Position numbers and translations under genes: made by a program. DNA of 63,752 nt, filler included, from Lenisia limosa (Eukaryota > Protista > Breviatea): the NCBI GenBank assembly GCA_001655205.1. It is 11 parts of 11 records of this genome, joined end to end, with 100 filler letters (N's around TTAATTAATTAA, not from the genome) between each part and the next. Parts side by side here need not be neighbours in the genome. Positions count along the whole stretch, not along the records: positions 1 to 1,707 come from LPNZ01010674.1; positions 1,808 to 3,595 come from LPNZ01010239.1; positions 3,696 to 6,918 come from LPNZ01003900.1; positions 7,019 to 8,284 come from LPNZ01003727.1; positions 8,385 to 13,232 come from LPNZ01010772.1; 6 more parts are not named here. One strand, 5' to 3'. Within the stretch, counting starts at the first letter, position 1; each line of letters starts with the position of its first letter. The notes below the pieces were generated by a model. It searched no databases. It had not been told where the DNA came from and saw only the letters and a list, made by a program, of their open reading frames with translations. Positions 1 through 11,300 of this stretch are shown here, one piece after another.

Positions 1-170
1 TACGCGTCTAAATGGGGAGTAAAAGGCTTCGGCTAGCACTGGCATCATAATCATTGATAAACGAGATGCTGTGTAGAGCTTCGGCATGATACGTTTTTTT
101 AAGATTGCTCATTCTTTATGATCCTTGTTTCCATAGGGACTGAAAATTTTAAAAAATTATTCATCATTAG

Positions 171-1707
171 GCCCGATTTATGGGGAGTCCTTTGCCCAGT
201 GCCTCTTCCCCTCCCCCGCTGTACCTGCGAGCTTGGATGGTGCCAATGGTGCTGATCTCGAGGAATCTATGAAGGTGTTTGGGGGGGGGGGGNNNNNNNN
301 NNNNNNNNNNNNNNNNNNNNNNNNNNNNNNNNNNNNNNNNNNNNNNNNNNNNNNNNNNNNNNNNNNNNNNNNNCACATTAAACTGACTGACACCAGTTTT
401 GTTTTGTTTCATAAAACGATGTGATAAGACTTCATAAGCGACTGGCCTTGTCTTTTTGTTTTAATGAGTTTAACCATTGGGTTTCTCAAATTCCAATCCC
501 ACAGAGGTGCTTCTGGGTGTTTAGTTGCATAAAGCTTTTAATTTAAGCTGATTATGGGTTTCTTTTTTTGTTTCATCCATATATTTTACAATTTTATTCC
601 TCCCCAGAATCACATAAAGTCGACTGAGCGTCTCTGTTCGGCTGTTGCCAATACAGTAGAGCAGCGGCGAGGGGAAACTACCAGGCTTGCTTTGGCAGCT
701 TCTCAGGGTGAGAGGGAAGATTGTTTACCGTGATCGAGATAAGCCTTGACCTATTTTCCTTGGGGAAATCGCATAGCAATTGCGGTCACTGTACATATAT
801 TATGGATGGGGGGGAGGGGATATACAATATGCAATGGGAAGGGAGGGTTTTTTTAAACAAGAGAAATAATATACATTAAAAACCTTGGNNNNNNNNNNNN
901 NNNNNNNNNNNNNNNNNNNNNNNNNNNNNNNNNNNNNNNNNNNNNNNNNNNNNNNNNNNNNNNNNNNNNNNNNNNNNNNNNNNNNNNNNNNNNNNNNNNN
1001 NNNNNNNNNNNNNNNNNNNNNNNNNNNNNNNNNNNNNNNNGTGGCTTTATCCTCGTGAAACTACCACCGTTTTCCCTATTAGTTTACTCCCCAGGAGAGG
1101 ATCTCAATGCAGTCAAACTCCTCCAGGCCGACATGGAGACCTGCACTACTAAATATAAGGACGCTGAGACCCAAAACAAGTATGTTCCTGGTATTCATTG
1201 AGATTTCCATCTTGGGCTTCCGAAAAGACCAGAAGCGCCTGAACTTTGTTTGTTTTGTTATCAACCCTCGTTTGTTGTCAGCCAACAGAGTTGATTTTGT
1301 AATATTTTTTTCCATTTTTTTAAAAAATAATTTGCTCCCCACCCTGTAGACTTCTGAAACGACAAATCAACAAACTGAAAGATGCCGTGGATTCAGCCGA
1401 ACGACGCTGTATTGAAAAACAGGGTGGGTGGGAAGGGGGGGGGGTGTAAAAGCAGACAGCTAAACCTGAATGAAACCTCAGAGTGTAAGGTTTTTCCCAT
1501 GGTACAGCTTTTGGCTACTTTTGACCAAAATTCATAGTTTCTGTAGTGACTTTACTGCAAAAACGTAAAAATAAAAAATCTTATATGCACTCTCTTGTCA
1601 CAACAACCACCAAGGGGGAACTGTGTCTTATTGGTAAAACTCTGACAAAACAGGTGAACTCGATACGATGAGAGAGTCCCTCATTATTGCGCGAAAGAAG
1701 GCTGCGG
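171..1707 (+). CDS. Partial multi-exon coiled-coil protein, family unassigned
   Basis: GT-AG bounded exons at ~171-267, 609-708, 1095-1179, 1349-1423 and 1654-1707 splice into helical sequence (LLKRQINKLKDAVDSAERRCIEKQ, GELDTMRESLIIARKKAA). A linker gap follows. Confidence 0.5.
1232..1310 (+). repeat. Intron 3'-module repeat (family A)
   Basis: agaagcgcctgaactttgtttgttttgttatcaaccctcgtttgttgtcagccaacagagttgatttt. Confidence 0.85.
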
Positions 1708-1807
1708 NNNNNNNNNNNNNNNNNNNNNNNNNNNNNNNNNNNNNNNNNNNNTTAATTAATTAANNNNNNNNNNNNNNNNNNNNNNNNNNNNNNNNNNNNN
1801 NNNNNNN
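1708..1807. other. Artificial 100-nt scaffold spacer (N44-TTAATTAATTAA-N44)
   Basis: The same six-frame-stop linker recurs at ~3641, 6963, 8329, 13277, 22264, 25116, 53021, 56333 and 61932. Confidence 0.95.
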
Positions 1808-1883
1808 AGAGTTGATTTGGGCTTATTGTTTCATAAATATTCCAAATCCACGTACTCTGGAGTAGTGGGATGCCGTGCTATAG

Positions 1884-1995
1884 AAGCGACTCGCCTGGGC
1901 TTTGTTTGTTTTATTGTAATCAATCCTCGTTTGTTATCAGCCAACAGAGTTTATTTGGGTTTTTTTGTTTCATAAATATTACAATTTCACCCCCC
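1884..1995 (+). repeat. Intron 3'-module repeat (family A), full-length
   Basis: agaagcgactcgcctgggctttgtttg...cctcgtttgttatcagccaacagagtttatttggg...tttcataaatattacaatttcacccccccc. A second partial copy at 1808-1850. Confidence 0.85.
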
Positions 1996-2086
1996 CCCCT
2001 CTCCCCACACCATCATTTTTACCTCTTATTTTCAATATTTGGTCCAATTGGTCAAACCAAAATCGAACACAAGGCTTACACCCCAG

Positions 2087-3471
2087 TACACTGAAGGCTC
2101 CGCCGAGGAGCTGTACAACAAGCACTTGGAGGCGGAGAGCCGACTGAAGCAGCTAAGCAAGGAGTACAACGATCTGAGTCGCAAGCTGACCCGTGTAATG
2201 ACCTCCGAGTTTGTCGCTAATGGTGTCACCAGTGACCAGGTGGGTACAGTGGGGGCGAAAACCATCTTGGTGGTCACTTAATATTAATGTGATACCAAGA
2301 TTAAAATTTTCCAAGAATCGAACCGAATATCTTAGCACCCCGAATATCATCTCCTTTTTTGCTCCGAAACGGAGGGTTTCAACGTTCTTGCCCGGTACCC
2401 TGTAACAAGCCCAGGTGTACGGTCTTGTTGCTCGCCTCATCCAGGTCAAGGAGCCTGCTTGGCTCAATGCAATTGAAGTGCGCGCGGGGGGAAGGGGGGG
2501 AGTCTTTTCTTTCTCTCTAATCCCGCTTTATCGAATGTGGAGCGTGGCATGTTTGCCTTTTTTTTCTTTTTTTCTCTCACTGCAATATGCGAATACCTAT
2601 AATACGAAAGAAACTCTCAGTCGTTATTTCTACCCAAGCACATAGTTTTCTGTCTCGTTTTACCCCATTCAGACGGCTGCCGGCGGACGACTTTACAATG
2701 TCGTTATCGATACCGACAACACGGGAAAGAAGGTATGAGTATCCCAGGCTTCCTGTGCTCTCCGTTTCCATCTTGCACCCCTCTAGCCATCGCATCATCC
2801 AACATTTTAACTGGTGTTTAGCTGCTCAAAAGCGGCAACCTCAAGTCACGAGTCACCTTCATTCCCCTCAACAAAATCAGAGCACGCGACTGGAGAAGGG
2901 TGGGTTGCGAAACAAAGGAAATACCATGTATATTATTTATATGTACATCGTACAATATGCTATTTTTTTTTTATTATTATTTTTTTTTTTGGGGGGGGGG
3001 GGNNNNNNNNNNNNNNNNNNNNNNNNNNNNNNNNNNNNNNNNNNNNNNNNNNNNNNNNNNNNNNNNNNNNNNNNNNNNNNNNNNNNNNNNNNNNNNNNNN
3101 NNNNNNNNNNNNNNNNNNNNNNNNAGTACCAAATTTCTATGATTTTTGGGGTGTCAAAATACCTTATTGTGTTGAGCATATTCTTTGAAGCAAAGCCCTA
3201 TAACGCTATAACGCCGCGTCGTCATTACTTCGTCATATAGGCGAAAGCTAAGAAATCTTGACACCTTGAACGCGGCCTAAATACTCATATTGTGTAGCAA
3301 GCGGACAATGCCAAGCGCAACTTCCCTGATTATGAGTCTCATCTTGCTCTGGATGTGAGAGGGGATGGGGTGAGGAGCTGTTTTGTCCTCCATAGTATCT
3401 TTAGCATTTCAAAGCACTCTCACCATTGTCTAGGTTATCGGCTACCCTGAAGACATCCGAACAGCAATGAA
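2087..3471 (+). CDS. SMC2: Condensin subunit SMC2, coiled coil plus hinge region (partial, multi-exon)
   Basis: Spliced exons give VYGLVARLIQVKEPAWLNAIE|TAAGGRLYNVVIDTDNTGKK|LLKSGNLKSRVTFIPLNKIRA...HLALD|VIGYPEDIRTAM, which matches the SMC2 hinge signature. Confidence 0.85.
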
Positions 3472-3697
3472 GTATGTGGCCGTTTTGACAGATTTTATGC
3501 TTGTACAATTAATATTTCTTGTCTGGCTTTCTTTTTTAAAAAAGGAAATTTAAGTTGTTTTATTATTCATTCGACAAAGCTTTCTCCAACAGCAANNNNN
3601 NNNNNNNNNNNNNNNNNNNNNNNNNNNNNNNNNNNNNNNTTAATTAATTAANNNNNNNNNNNNNNNNNNNNNNNNNNNNNNNNNNNNNNNNNNNNCA

Positions 3698-3780
3698 ATG
3701 CTTTTAGAGAATTAATACTCTGCTATACATGAGAGTGGGGGGCTATGCTTTTAGAGAATTAATACTCTGCTAGAGTGGGG
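3698..3780 (+). repeat. Local direct duplication (28-bp unit x2)
   Basis: atgcttttagagaattaatactctgcta occurs at ~3698 and ~3745, each followed shortly by agagtgggg. Confidence 0.8.
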
Positions 3781-3863
3781 CAATTATTGGATACTGCCAC
3801 CATACATGCATCCAACCCTCCATATGTGTGTGCTCAGATTACTGCATCTTATCCTTGGAATAG

Positions 3864-6800
3864 ACATGGACGGTTTGACGGCTCTTCATTTTGCTGCCTC
3901 TGCTGGTGACCTTGAGGCGTGTCGTCTGCTGACGGAGGATGAAAAAGACCTCAACGAGTACCTGGAGCTTGCGGGTGGGTATGGGACGGAGGAGTTTTTG
4001 GCAAGTAGAAAACCTGGGGTATCGAATGAATCGAAGAGATTTGGCATTCTCACTTTCCTCATATAATTCTGCCTTGACCCTTAAGACATCAAAGGAGGCT
4101 GCACCGCCCTGCACTTTGCCGTCATAGCCAATCGCGTGGCTGTGGCGTCTCTTCTACTTGCGCGCGGCGCGTGTGTTGATCGTCCAAGTTGGTGGTTTCT
4201 CGCGCCCTGTGTGACAACTTCATAGCTACGCATTTCCTTCATCCCCCCCCGGAGTGATGGGTTTGTTTGTTTGATGTTATCAACCCTCTTGTGTTGTCAG
4301 CCAACAGAGTTGATTTGAGCTTTTTTGTTTCATAAATTTTCCAATTTTACTCAAAATTCCTTACCGACCTGCTAATGTCTGTAGACAATATGCTCTTTGA
4401 CAAAGACAATAATAATATTCACATTTCTGGAAACGCCACTATATTGTAACGAAATCTGCTGAGTGGACTGCAAAGCGATTGATGAAGATTTCTAATGCGG
4501 AGACCATTTATTCCTTTGATTTCGCAACTCTATACACCAAGTTTGGTCAGGTAGAACTGATAGCACGAGTGTGCCGAGCCATCACTCTTTTGATTACGCT
4601 TCCGAACAGCTTAACTCCTCACTGTCACGAGTTAAGTTGTCCCGTAACAAAGGTTTCAAAATTAGCTCACACACGTCAAAAGATCTTTTCTCATTTGATC
4701 AGATTTTAGGGTTGTTGAAGTTTGTGGTTCTAAATACTGTGGTCCAAAACGGGTCTCTTGTGTTTCATCAGAAAATTGGCATTCCATGGGAACCAACGCA
4801 GCTCCTCTGCTGGCTAACATTTGCCTTTATTCTTTTGAACGGGACTTTATTGAATCACTTCCGCCTGAATCGCCGTTAATCTCTTCTTTTCACAACGCAT
4901 TTCGGTTCATTGATGATCTCCTCATCACGACGATTTGATAACTCTGCTTACTAACCCTCCTGATGGGGATGATGGGCGTGCGATCTATCCGGACTTGCTC
5001 CTTTTGGAAAACACTACTGTCGCCCCTGGAGTATGCAATTACTTAGTTATTCATATCTCTACTCAAAGGAGAAAGTTGTTCCTTTCGATATTTGACAAAC
5101 GCAGAGACTTTCCTTTCGAAGTCTTCCCATATCTTCATTCCTGTTCAACTATACCTAAACACATCTTGAATGGAATTATTATTGGCCAACTGACTCAATA
5201 TGCTAGGCTCTGCTCGTCAATTACCTCCTTCAGGGATAATGCTGTATTACTTGTCAAAAAGTTAATTGCTAATGGATTGCCATTGCTTAAACCTTCATTT
5301 CTGTCTGCAGATTTCCCCGTTAACCCCAGACATGGCCGCCTTATGCGCCAAGTCTATCACAATGTCTAGGTTCAAGGATTAACTAGGGGAGCTTTTTCAA
5401 AGCCCTAGTACGATTATTCCCCGCAGCTTAGTTATTGTTTTTGTGTTTTTTTTTTTGTCATCTAGCTTTTGTCTAGTTTTAGCGTTGGTTGCTCATGTTT
5501 GTTATTGCTTGTTTTTTATTTGGAGTTTCAGATTATTCGGTTGTACCTTTACGCCAACATTCTTCATCTAANNNNNNNNNNNNNNNNNNNNNNNNNNNNN
5601 NNNNNNNNNNNNNNNNNNNNNNNNNNNNNNNNNNNNNNNNNNNNNNNNNNNNNNNNNNNNNNAAATGTCGACATAATTGACCTCCTCTGCTACTACGGCG
5701 CCAGACCCGACCGCAGGGGTGGGTGGACTATGCATTTATGCTACAATTGTCGCTAACATTACTGCTCCGGTTTTGATGATTCCAATTGTCCAGCCACAAG
5801 AGTTGTTTCAAATTAACATGTGTCACCTCCCCCCCACTGATTTGTTTCTGTTTCTGTTTTGTCTCTTTGTCTTTCAAATCAAAAAGAGGATTTACCTCCT
5901 CCCTAGGCCCCGAGGGAGAAACGCCACTCATCACCGCCGTCATAGGCAAGAGGAAGCAGGCGCAGTGTCTGCGGGCGCTTCTTGACGGAGCCAGTGACGT
6001 GGAGCTAGATGGACAGGAAAGCTTCACCGGTGCCAGGGGACTGATCTTTGATCTTATCGAGGATCGGTCTTTTTTCTCAAACTATTCTCCAATACACTTC
6101 AAGCTTGACTAACATGGCAGGTAAAACGGTTCTCGTGTTTGCAGTTATCTTTGATCACCCTGACTGTGTCCGCATGTTGATGGACAGAGGAGCAGGAGTG
6201 GCCGTTTGTAAGAAGGTATGAGGATATGTTGGTTTTGCAACATCACCTCATCGCATCATTGATGCTTTCATAGTTTTATCTTATCATTGATGCTTTCATC
6301 ACAAAGTCTGATCTAAAAGTGGCATACACTGTCCTCTGACTTTCCCCCTCTAGGAATGGGGCAACATAGTGCTTGTGTCCATTGTCAATGACAAGCCAAG
6401 ATGCCTCAAGGTCCTTCTCGAATCTGGTACGCTCCATTATGTAATAATGCGTGCTTAATATGATTTTGCAATAGTGCTTTTGGGCTTTTGGGTTTGTTTT
6501 TAATTTTTTTTTATATATAATAACGCTTTCACTTACCATGTTAGGAAGGTGTCGAAGACTGATAAACGCAGTTGATCCTTATGGGCAGACCCCCCTCCAT
6601 GTTGCCGCTTTTAAGGTTTGAATCCTTTTGTCATTTTTATTGCATTCTCTTCTTCTTTTTTTTTTTCGTCGAAAAGGTTGATACACAGAAGACTTGATAT
6701 TGCCCTGTTTCACCTAGCAGGGTCATGAGGAGTGTGTAGACCTTCTTTTGGAGTACGGCGCTGACCCATTTCCGCGGGTCACTGCCGACGGGGCTGGCGG

Positions 6801-6879
6801 TACCCCGGCAGACTTTGCCGGTACCCCGAACATCAAAAAGAAGATCCGAGCCTGCCAGAAGCTCCGACAGAGCGGAATT
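3864..6879 (+). CDS. Ankyrin-repeat protein (partial, at least 8 exons)
   Basis: Exons encode DGLTALHFAASAGDLEACRLL, GCTALHFAVIANRVAVASLLLARGA, GETPLITAV, GQTPLHVAAFK|GHEECVDLLLEYGADP. Confidence 0.85.
4250..4350 (+). repeat. Intron 3'-module repeat (family A), directly 5' of the PLE relic
   Basis: gggtttgtttg...caaccctcttgtgttgtcagccaacagagttgatttgagc...ttcataaattttccaattttac. Confidence 0.85.
4370..5369 (+). mobile_element. Decayed, 5'-truncated Penelope-like retroelement RT plus thumb (Naiad/Chlamys-like) inside an ankyrin-gene intron
   Basis: Frameshifted ORFs give SFDFATLYT, QKIGIP(fs)MGTNAAPLLAN, FRFIDDLL, and the thumb motif FDKRRDFPF...IP...GQLTQYARLCS. Stop at 5369 with no C-terminal GIY-YIG. 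At least 3 frameshifts. Confidence 0.85.
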
Positions 6880-7410
6880 GTGGGGGGGGATCTTTGACTA
6901 TTCAGCATCAAGTATAATNNNNNNNNNNNNNNNNNNNNNNNNNNNNNNNNNNNNNNNNNNNNTTAATTAATTAANNNNNNNNNNNNNNNNNNNNNNNNNN
7001 NNNNNNNNNNNNNNNNNNGTTAAGGAGGTCTCAGCAAGATTGAGGGACAGAGCAAGTGGAGAGAGTAGGGTTTCACTCCACTCCAGATAACTGAACTTCT
7101 CTATAAATCATCGATAGTTTACTTGTCTTGGTGACGTCTGGATAGACGAGTAAATTAATCAGTACTACGTGTAATTAAAACGTATTATTATTTAGAATTC
7201 CATGTATATACACATTTTGAATTTTGAAATAAAAAAAGTGTCTGAAATCAGCGGGGAAAGAATTATATGGTGTCACTATATTTAGTTGTCAATATGCATA
7301 TATTGTCTCATTAATGTGGGCATTATCTTTATCTTATTTAGGGGGACTCAAGGAGGACAGTGTTGATGATACTGTTGTATGTTGGGATGCTGCACGCTAT
7401 TTTCAGTATT

Positions 7411-7450
7411 CTTCTAATGTGATGGCGTGAACGGCTTCAGCCAGTTAAAT
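7411..7450 (+). repeat. Dispersed repeat family C
   Basis: gtgatggcgtgaacggcttcagccag; homologous to copies at 17341, 56881, 58568 and 60911. Confidence 0.7.
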
Positions 7451-7511
7451 CATTATCTCACATTCCCCCGTCCCTGGTTTGTTTTTTTTTTGTTTTTTTT
7501 TCAATCCCAAC

Positions 7512-7611
7512 TAGGGTTTCATTTCGGTTCGAAAAAGACCGATACAATATCGATAGTTTTCGAGGATTTATAGAGAAATTCAGTCTTTTTTCAGACTGAA
7601 ATAAAGCCCTA
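7512..7611. mobile_element. hAT-type MITE (family B), copy with a perfect 8-bp TSD
   Basis: TIRs tagggtttcatttcggt...actgaaataaagcccta. TSD atcccaac at 7504-7511 and 7612-7619. Confidence 0.85.
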
Positions 7612-8384
7612 ATCCCAACAGAACATCCCCACCCTTCCATATTTACTCCCCCCCCCCCNNNNNNNNNNNNNNNNNNNNNNNNNNNNNNNNNNNNNNNNNN
7701 NNNNNNNNNNNNNNNNNNNNNNNNNNNNNNNNNNNNNNNNNNNNNNNNNNNNNNNNNNNNTCATTTTGGTTCTGAATACTTCCCTTTTTACAGACCTAGG
7801 TAGCCAAGAGCATGGAATGGGTCTTTGGAGGAGAGGTTGGTGAAACGTGTATCCAGAAATTTTATCAGTTACAAATCATTTTTCATTCACATTTTTTCAT
7901 TTCATAGAGAGACGCAACAAATCCATCTCCGTATAACCAGCACGGCAACATTGCAATGTGTTAGAGGGAGGTGGCCTTTGGACTATAGAAAAGAGAAGGG
8001 GGTCTTGGCTGTATTTGTGGAGGTGGAGGAGGGGGGGGGTTGCAATGAGGTGATGTTGATGTTTCTGTCGATATTTCAAAAGTTGCCAATAAAATATCTG
8101 GGTTATTTGTTAATTACATTTTCTAACTTTTTACAGGGCTGTTTCTGTTTTTTTTGTTGTTTAATACTCTTCATCGATGCTTCGTTTTACCCCGCAGATG
8201 AACCTGGGAACCTTGAGAAACGTCTCGCTCACCGCTCCAATGCGGCTCTCGAGGAGCTCATCAACAGATACGCCGAACTTTTCCNNNNNNNNNNNNNNNN
8301 NNNNNNNNNNNNNNNNNNNNNNNNNNNNTTAATTAATTAANNNNNNNNNNNNNNNNNNNNNNNNNNNNNNNNNNNNNNNNNNNN

Positions 8385-11300
8385 ACTCCCCCCCAGACCA
8401 CTTCTAATACTCCCCCCCAGACCACTTCTAATACTCCCCCCCAGACACCGCACGCCGAAATTGATGTTCCTGTTTCGGGAGAGGAGCACCTTCGAATCTC
8501 GCCCAAATTGAGCATTGTCGTATACTGCCCTTATAAGGTTGAGGGGGGTGGCTTCAAAAATCATACGTAAATCACATACTATGACTGGGATAAGTCTTGA
8601 CTGATTACTCTCTGATTGTTCAAGGAAATTCGGTCAAGATTTATCCAGGTTACTGGATATCATACATATGTACATATCTTANNNNNNNNNNNNNNNNNNN
8701 NNNNNNNNNNNNNNNNNNNNNNNNNNNNNNNNNNNNNNNNNNNNNNNNNNNNNNNNNNNNNNNNNNNNNNNNNNNNNNNNNNNNNNNNNNNNNNNNNNNN
8801 NNNNNNNNNNNNNNNNNNNNNNNNNNNNNNNNNNNNNNNNNNNNNNNNNNNNNNNNNNNNNNNNNNNNNNNNNNNNNNNNNNAAAATCTCATGAAATATA
8901 GATATTTATGTACCCTGTTTTTGAACCTTGCGAAAGACCTAATAATACAACATATGCGTTATAACAAGGACATAGTAAGGCCAGAAGAGAGGGGAGAAAG
9001 GAGTATGTGGTTGTATGCTCATTTTTGGTCATAATCTGAATCCCTAGGCTGCATCTGCTCCGTGGCTCCCTACTATCAGTCCCATGACCGTTGTTGCTGA
9101 TCTATCACATAGCCACTCGTCTATGCACGAAGCTTGGTATGTTAGGGGGTGATGATGATGGTGATGAGGTGGTGGTGATGATGATGGTGGTGGTGGTGAT
9201 AATTGGAAAACTTGGTATTCGTGGGTGCTCATCATACAAGCCTTTGATTTTAATTGTTGATTTGTTGATAATGATTTCTCTCTCCACCAAAGAAGCACCT
9301 TATTCCCTTCCCTCATTCCTATTCTCTATTTGCGCATTGACACTTCAGCAATCGAACACTGGTCTCCTCCCACCTCCCAGGCCTCTTTGCTGAGTTCCTT
9401 GACTCCAGTGATGGGGGGATTGAATGTGAAAGAAAGAACAAGAGGAGGAGGGGGGTTTGGATTTATTGTCAAAAACAAAAGAAAGAAAATGAAAGGAAAA
9501 TGAAAGGAAAATGAAAGGAAAATGAAAAATGAAAGGAAAATGAAAGGAAAATGAAAGGAAAATGAAAGGAAAATGAAAGGAAAATAGGGGGTTGGGGTCT
9601 TTATCGTTACAAAACGTAAATAACAAAAAGACAGAGAAAGAGGTCTTACGTGTTTTTTGCTGTGTTTATTTTAAGCGACTAATACGGAACAGCGGTGAGA
9701 GCTGCAGCCAACTACGAGATCACTACCAAGACATTCGCAGATATTGTCACCCAGCTGGCTAAACCTAGGTGGGTGATCTTAGGATATATGTATTGGGAGT
9801 AGACATCTTGTTATTTAGTTTTATTCGGGTGTCAAAGTGAAATGTGGGAAGGGTCTGGAGGAATAGTTGAATAAATCAAACATAATTTGAAAATGTTTGT
9901 GACGATTTACTTTGTTTTATACTTCTTATTTGATTTATTTTTTTGTTTTGTAAATTTCCTTTTCTTACGAGTATCCATTTGTTTCGAATTATTAGGGGGC
10001 CGAGTATGTACTTTTCAGCGGGTGATGCAATATCACTTGAGGAACAGAAAAAGATGTAAACGTATGGGTGTACATACCAGCCACTATGATCCCTCGTATT
10101 TCGGTCTGGGTGAGGATGATGTCTTGCACAGTAATCTCAGCTCAGCATTTTTTTTGAGTTTATGTAGATGGGACATAGAATTATAAAGGAGAATTGCCTG
10201 AAGCAGCTATCAACTATTAACTTCTTCAAAATAAACCGTTTCAATCAGCATAGTCGTCCGCTTTTTGCTTGGTTGAGGCACGGCAAGTGGCGAGAATACT
10301 GAAAGACCAAATTATATTATTCATTCTTTGAAGCAATATTTGGCCGATCGATCTTCCATTGAATATTGAACCCTGTCTTCCGTTGCGGCTTACTTCGCCG
10401 TGAAACATATAGGGGCTGAGCCCAACAACTCCGAACTTCTGGTACATGCTGATCGCCCTGAAAGAATAATTTGAAACGTAGCACACTATTGATTGAAATA
10501 TTTTAAAGTCTACACCAAACATGGTCAATATGAACCCAGGATATATCTGCAATTCACATTTTATTNNNNNNNNNNNNNNNNNNNNNNNNNNNNNNNNNNN
10601 NNNNNNNNNNNNNNNNNNNNNNNNNNNNNNNNNNNNNNNNNNNNNNNNNNNNNNNNNNNNNNNNNNNNNNNNNNNNNNNNNNNNNNNNNCCCCCTCCTCA
10701 GTTGACCTTGGGGGAATTTACCTTGTTTAATTGCACCCTCGTGTGTTCTAGCCAACAGAGTTGATTTGGGCTTTATATGCTCCATACATTTTCCAATTTT
10801 ACCCCCCCCCCTAGAGAAGACGAGGAGTTAGCCCTCTTGGATTCTGAAACCGTTTTGGTCGTTTTCCGTGCCCTTGAACTGTTGGATGGGCATCTAAGAT
10901 TACTAAATATCAAAATTGGTAAACTCAGTAATGGCGGATACTTCAATATATCATGAAATGTCTGCTTTGTAAGGGACCTAAGAGAAGCCGTATTAATAAC
11001 ATGTTAACTGATGACTAACACGAAACAGATGGGATGAGCTACAAACTATCATTGAAAGTGGTGAGAACCGCCGTGCACAGCTCTTGTCGTCCATTTTCCA
11101 GCGCTTTTCCCAGGTATGATGTTAATACTATATTATATGTATACGCTCACTTTCTGTTCTATAAAGACGGAACCCTTCTTCCCCAAAAAAAACAGTTCAC
11201 CTCGATCTTGCCCTCCCCCCCTAAAAACAATTGATTCACCAACCTACCTTTTGAGAATGTAAATGTGTCAATCAAGGAAAGGAAGAAATATACAAAATAA

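Noticed and set aside
1180-1348. Family A as a classical full-length Introner
   Set aside because: The 5' halves of host introns are not homologous and no TSD or TIR spans the GT-AG ends; retained only as a 3'-module hypothesis.
171-1707. First coiled-coil exons as the SMC2 N-terminal arm
   Set aside because: Separated by a linker gap and carrying no SMC-specific motif; cannot be supported.
1752-1763. Recurrent TTAATTAATTAA palindrome (10 copies)
   Set aside because: Always centred in exactly 100-nt N blocks; an artificial six-frame-stop linker.
4398-4400. TGA in the PLE 5' region as possible selenocysteine (some Naiads are selenoproteins)
   Set aside because: It lies among frameshifts and TAA codons in a decayed copy, and no SECIS-like AUGA/AAA/GA structure is seen downstream.
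4370-5570. Hammerhead ribozyme associated with the PLE
   Set aside because: No CUGANGA...GAAA core with suitable stems found by eye.
7411-7450. Family C as a C/D box snoRNA
   Set aside because: GTGATGG resembles a C box, but there is no conserved CTGA D box and copies occur in both orientations.
8385-8450. Short tandem repeat (actccccccagaccacttctaat) as a CRISPR-like array
   Set aside because: No spacers; it reads as a coding TPPQTTSN repeat in a eukaryotic context.
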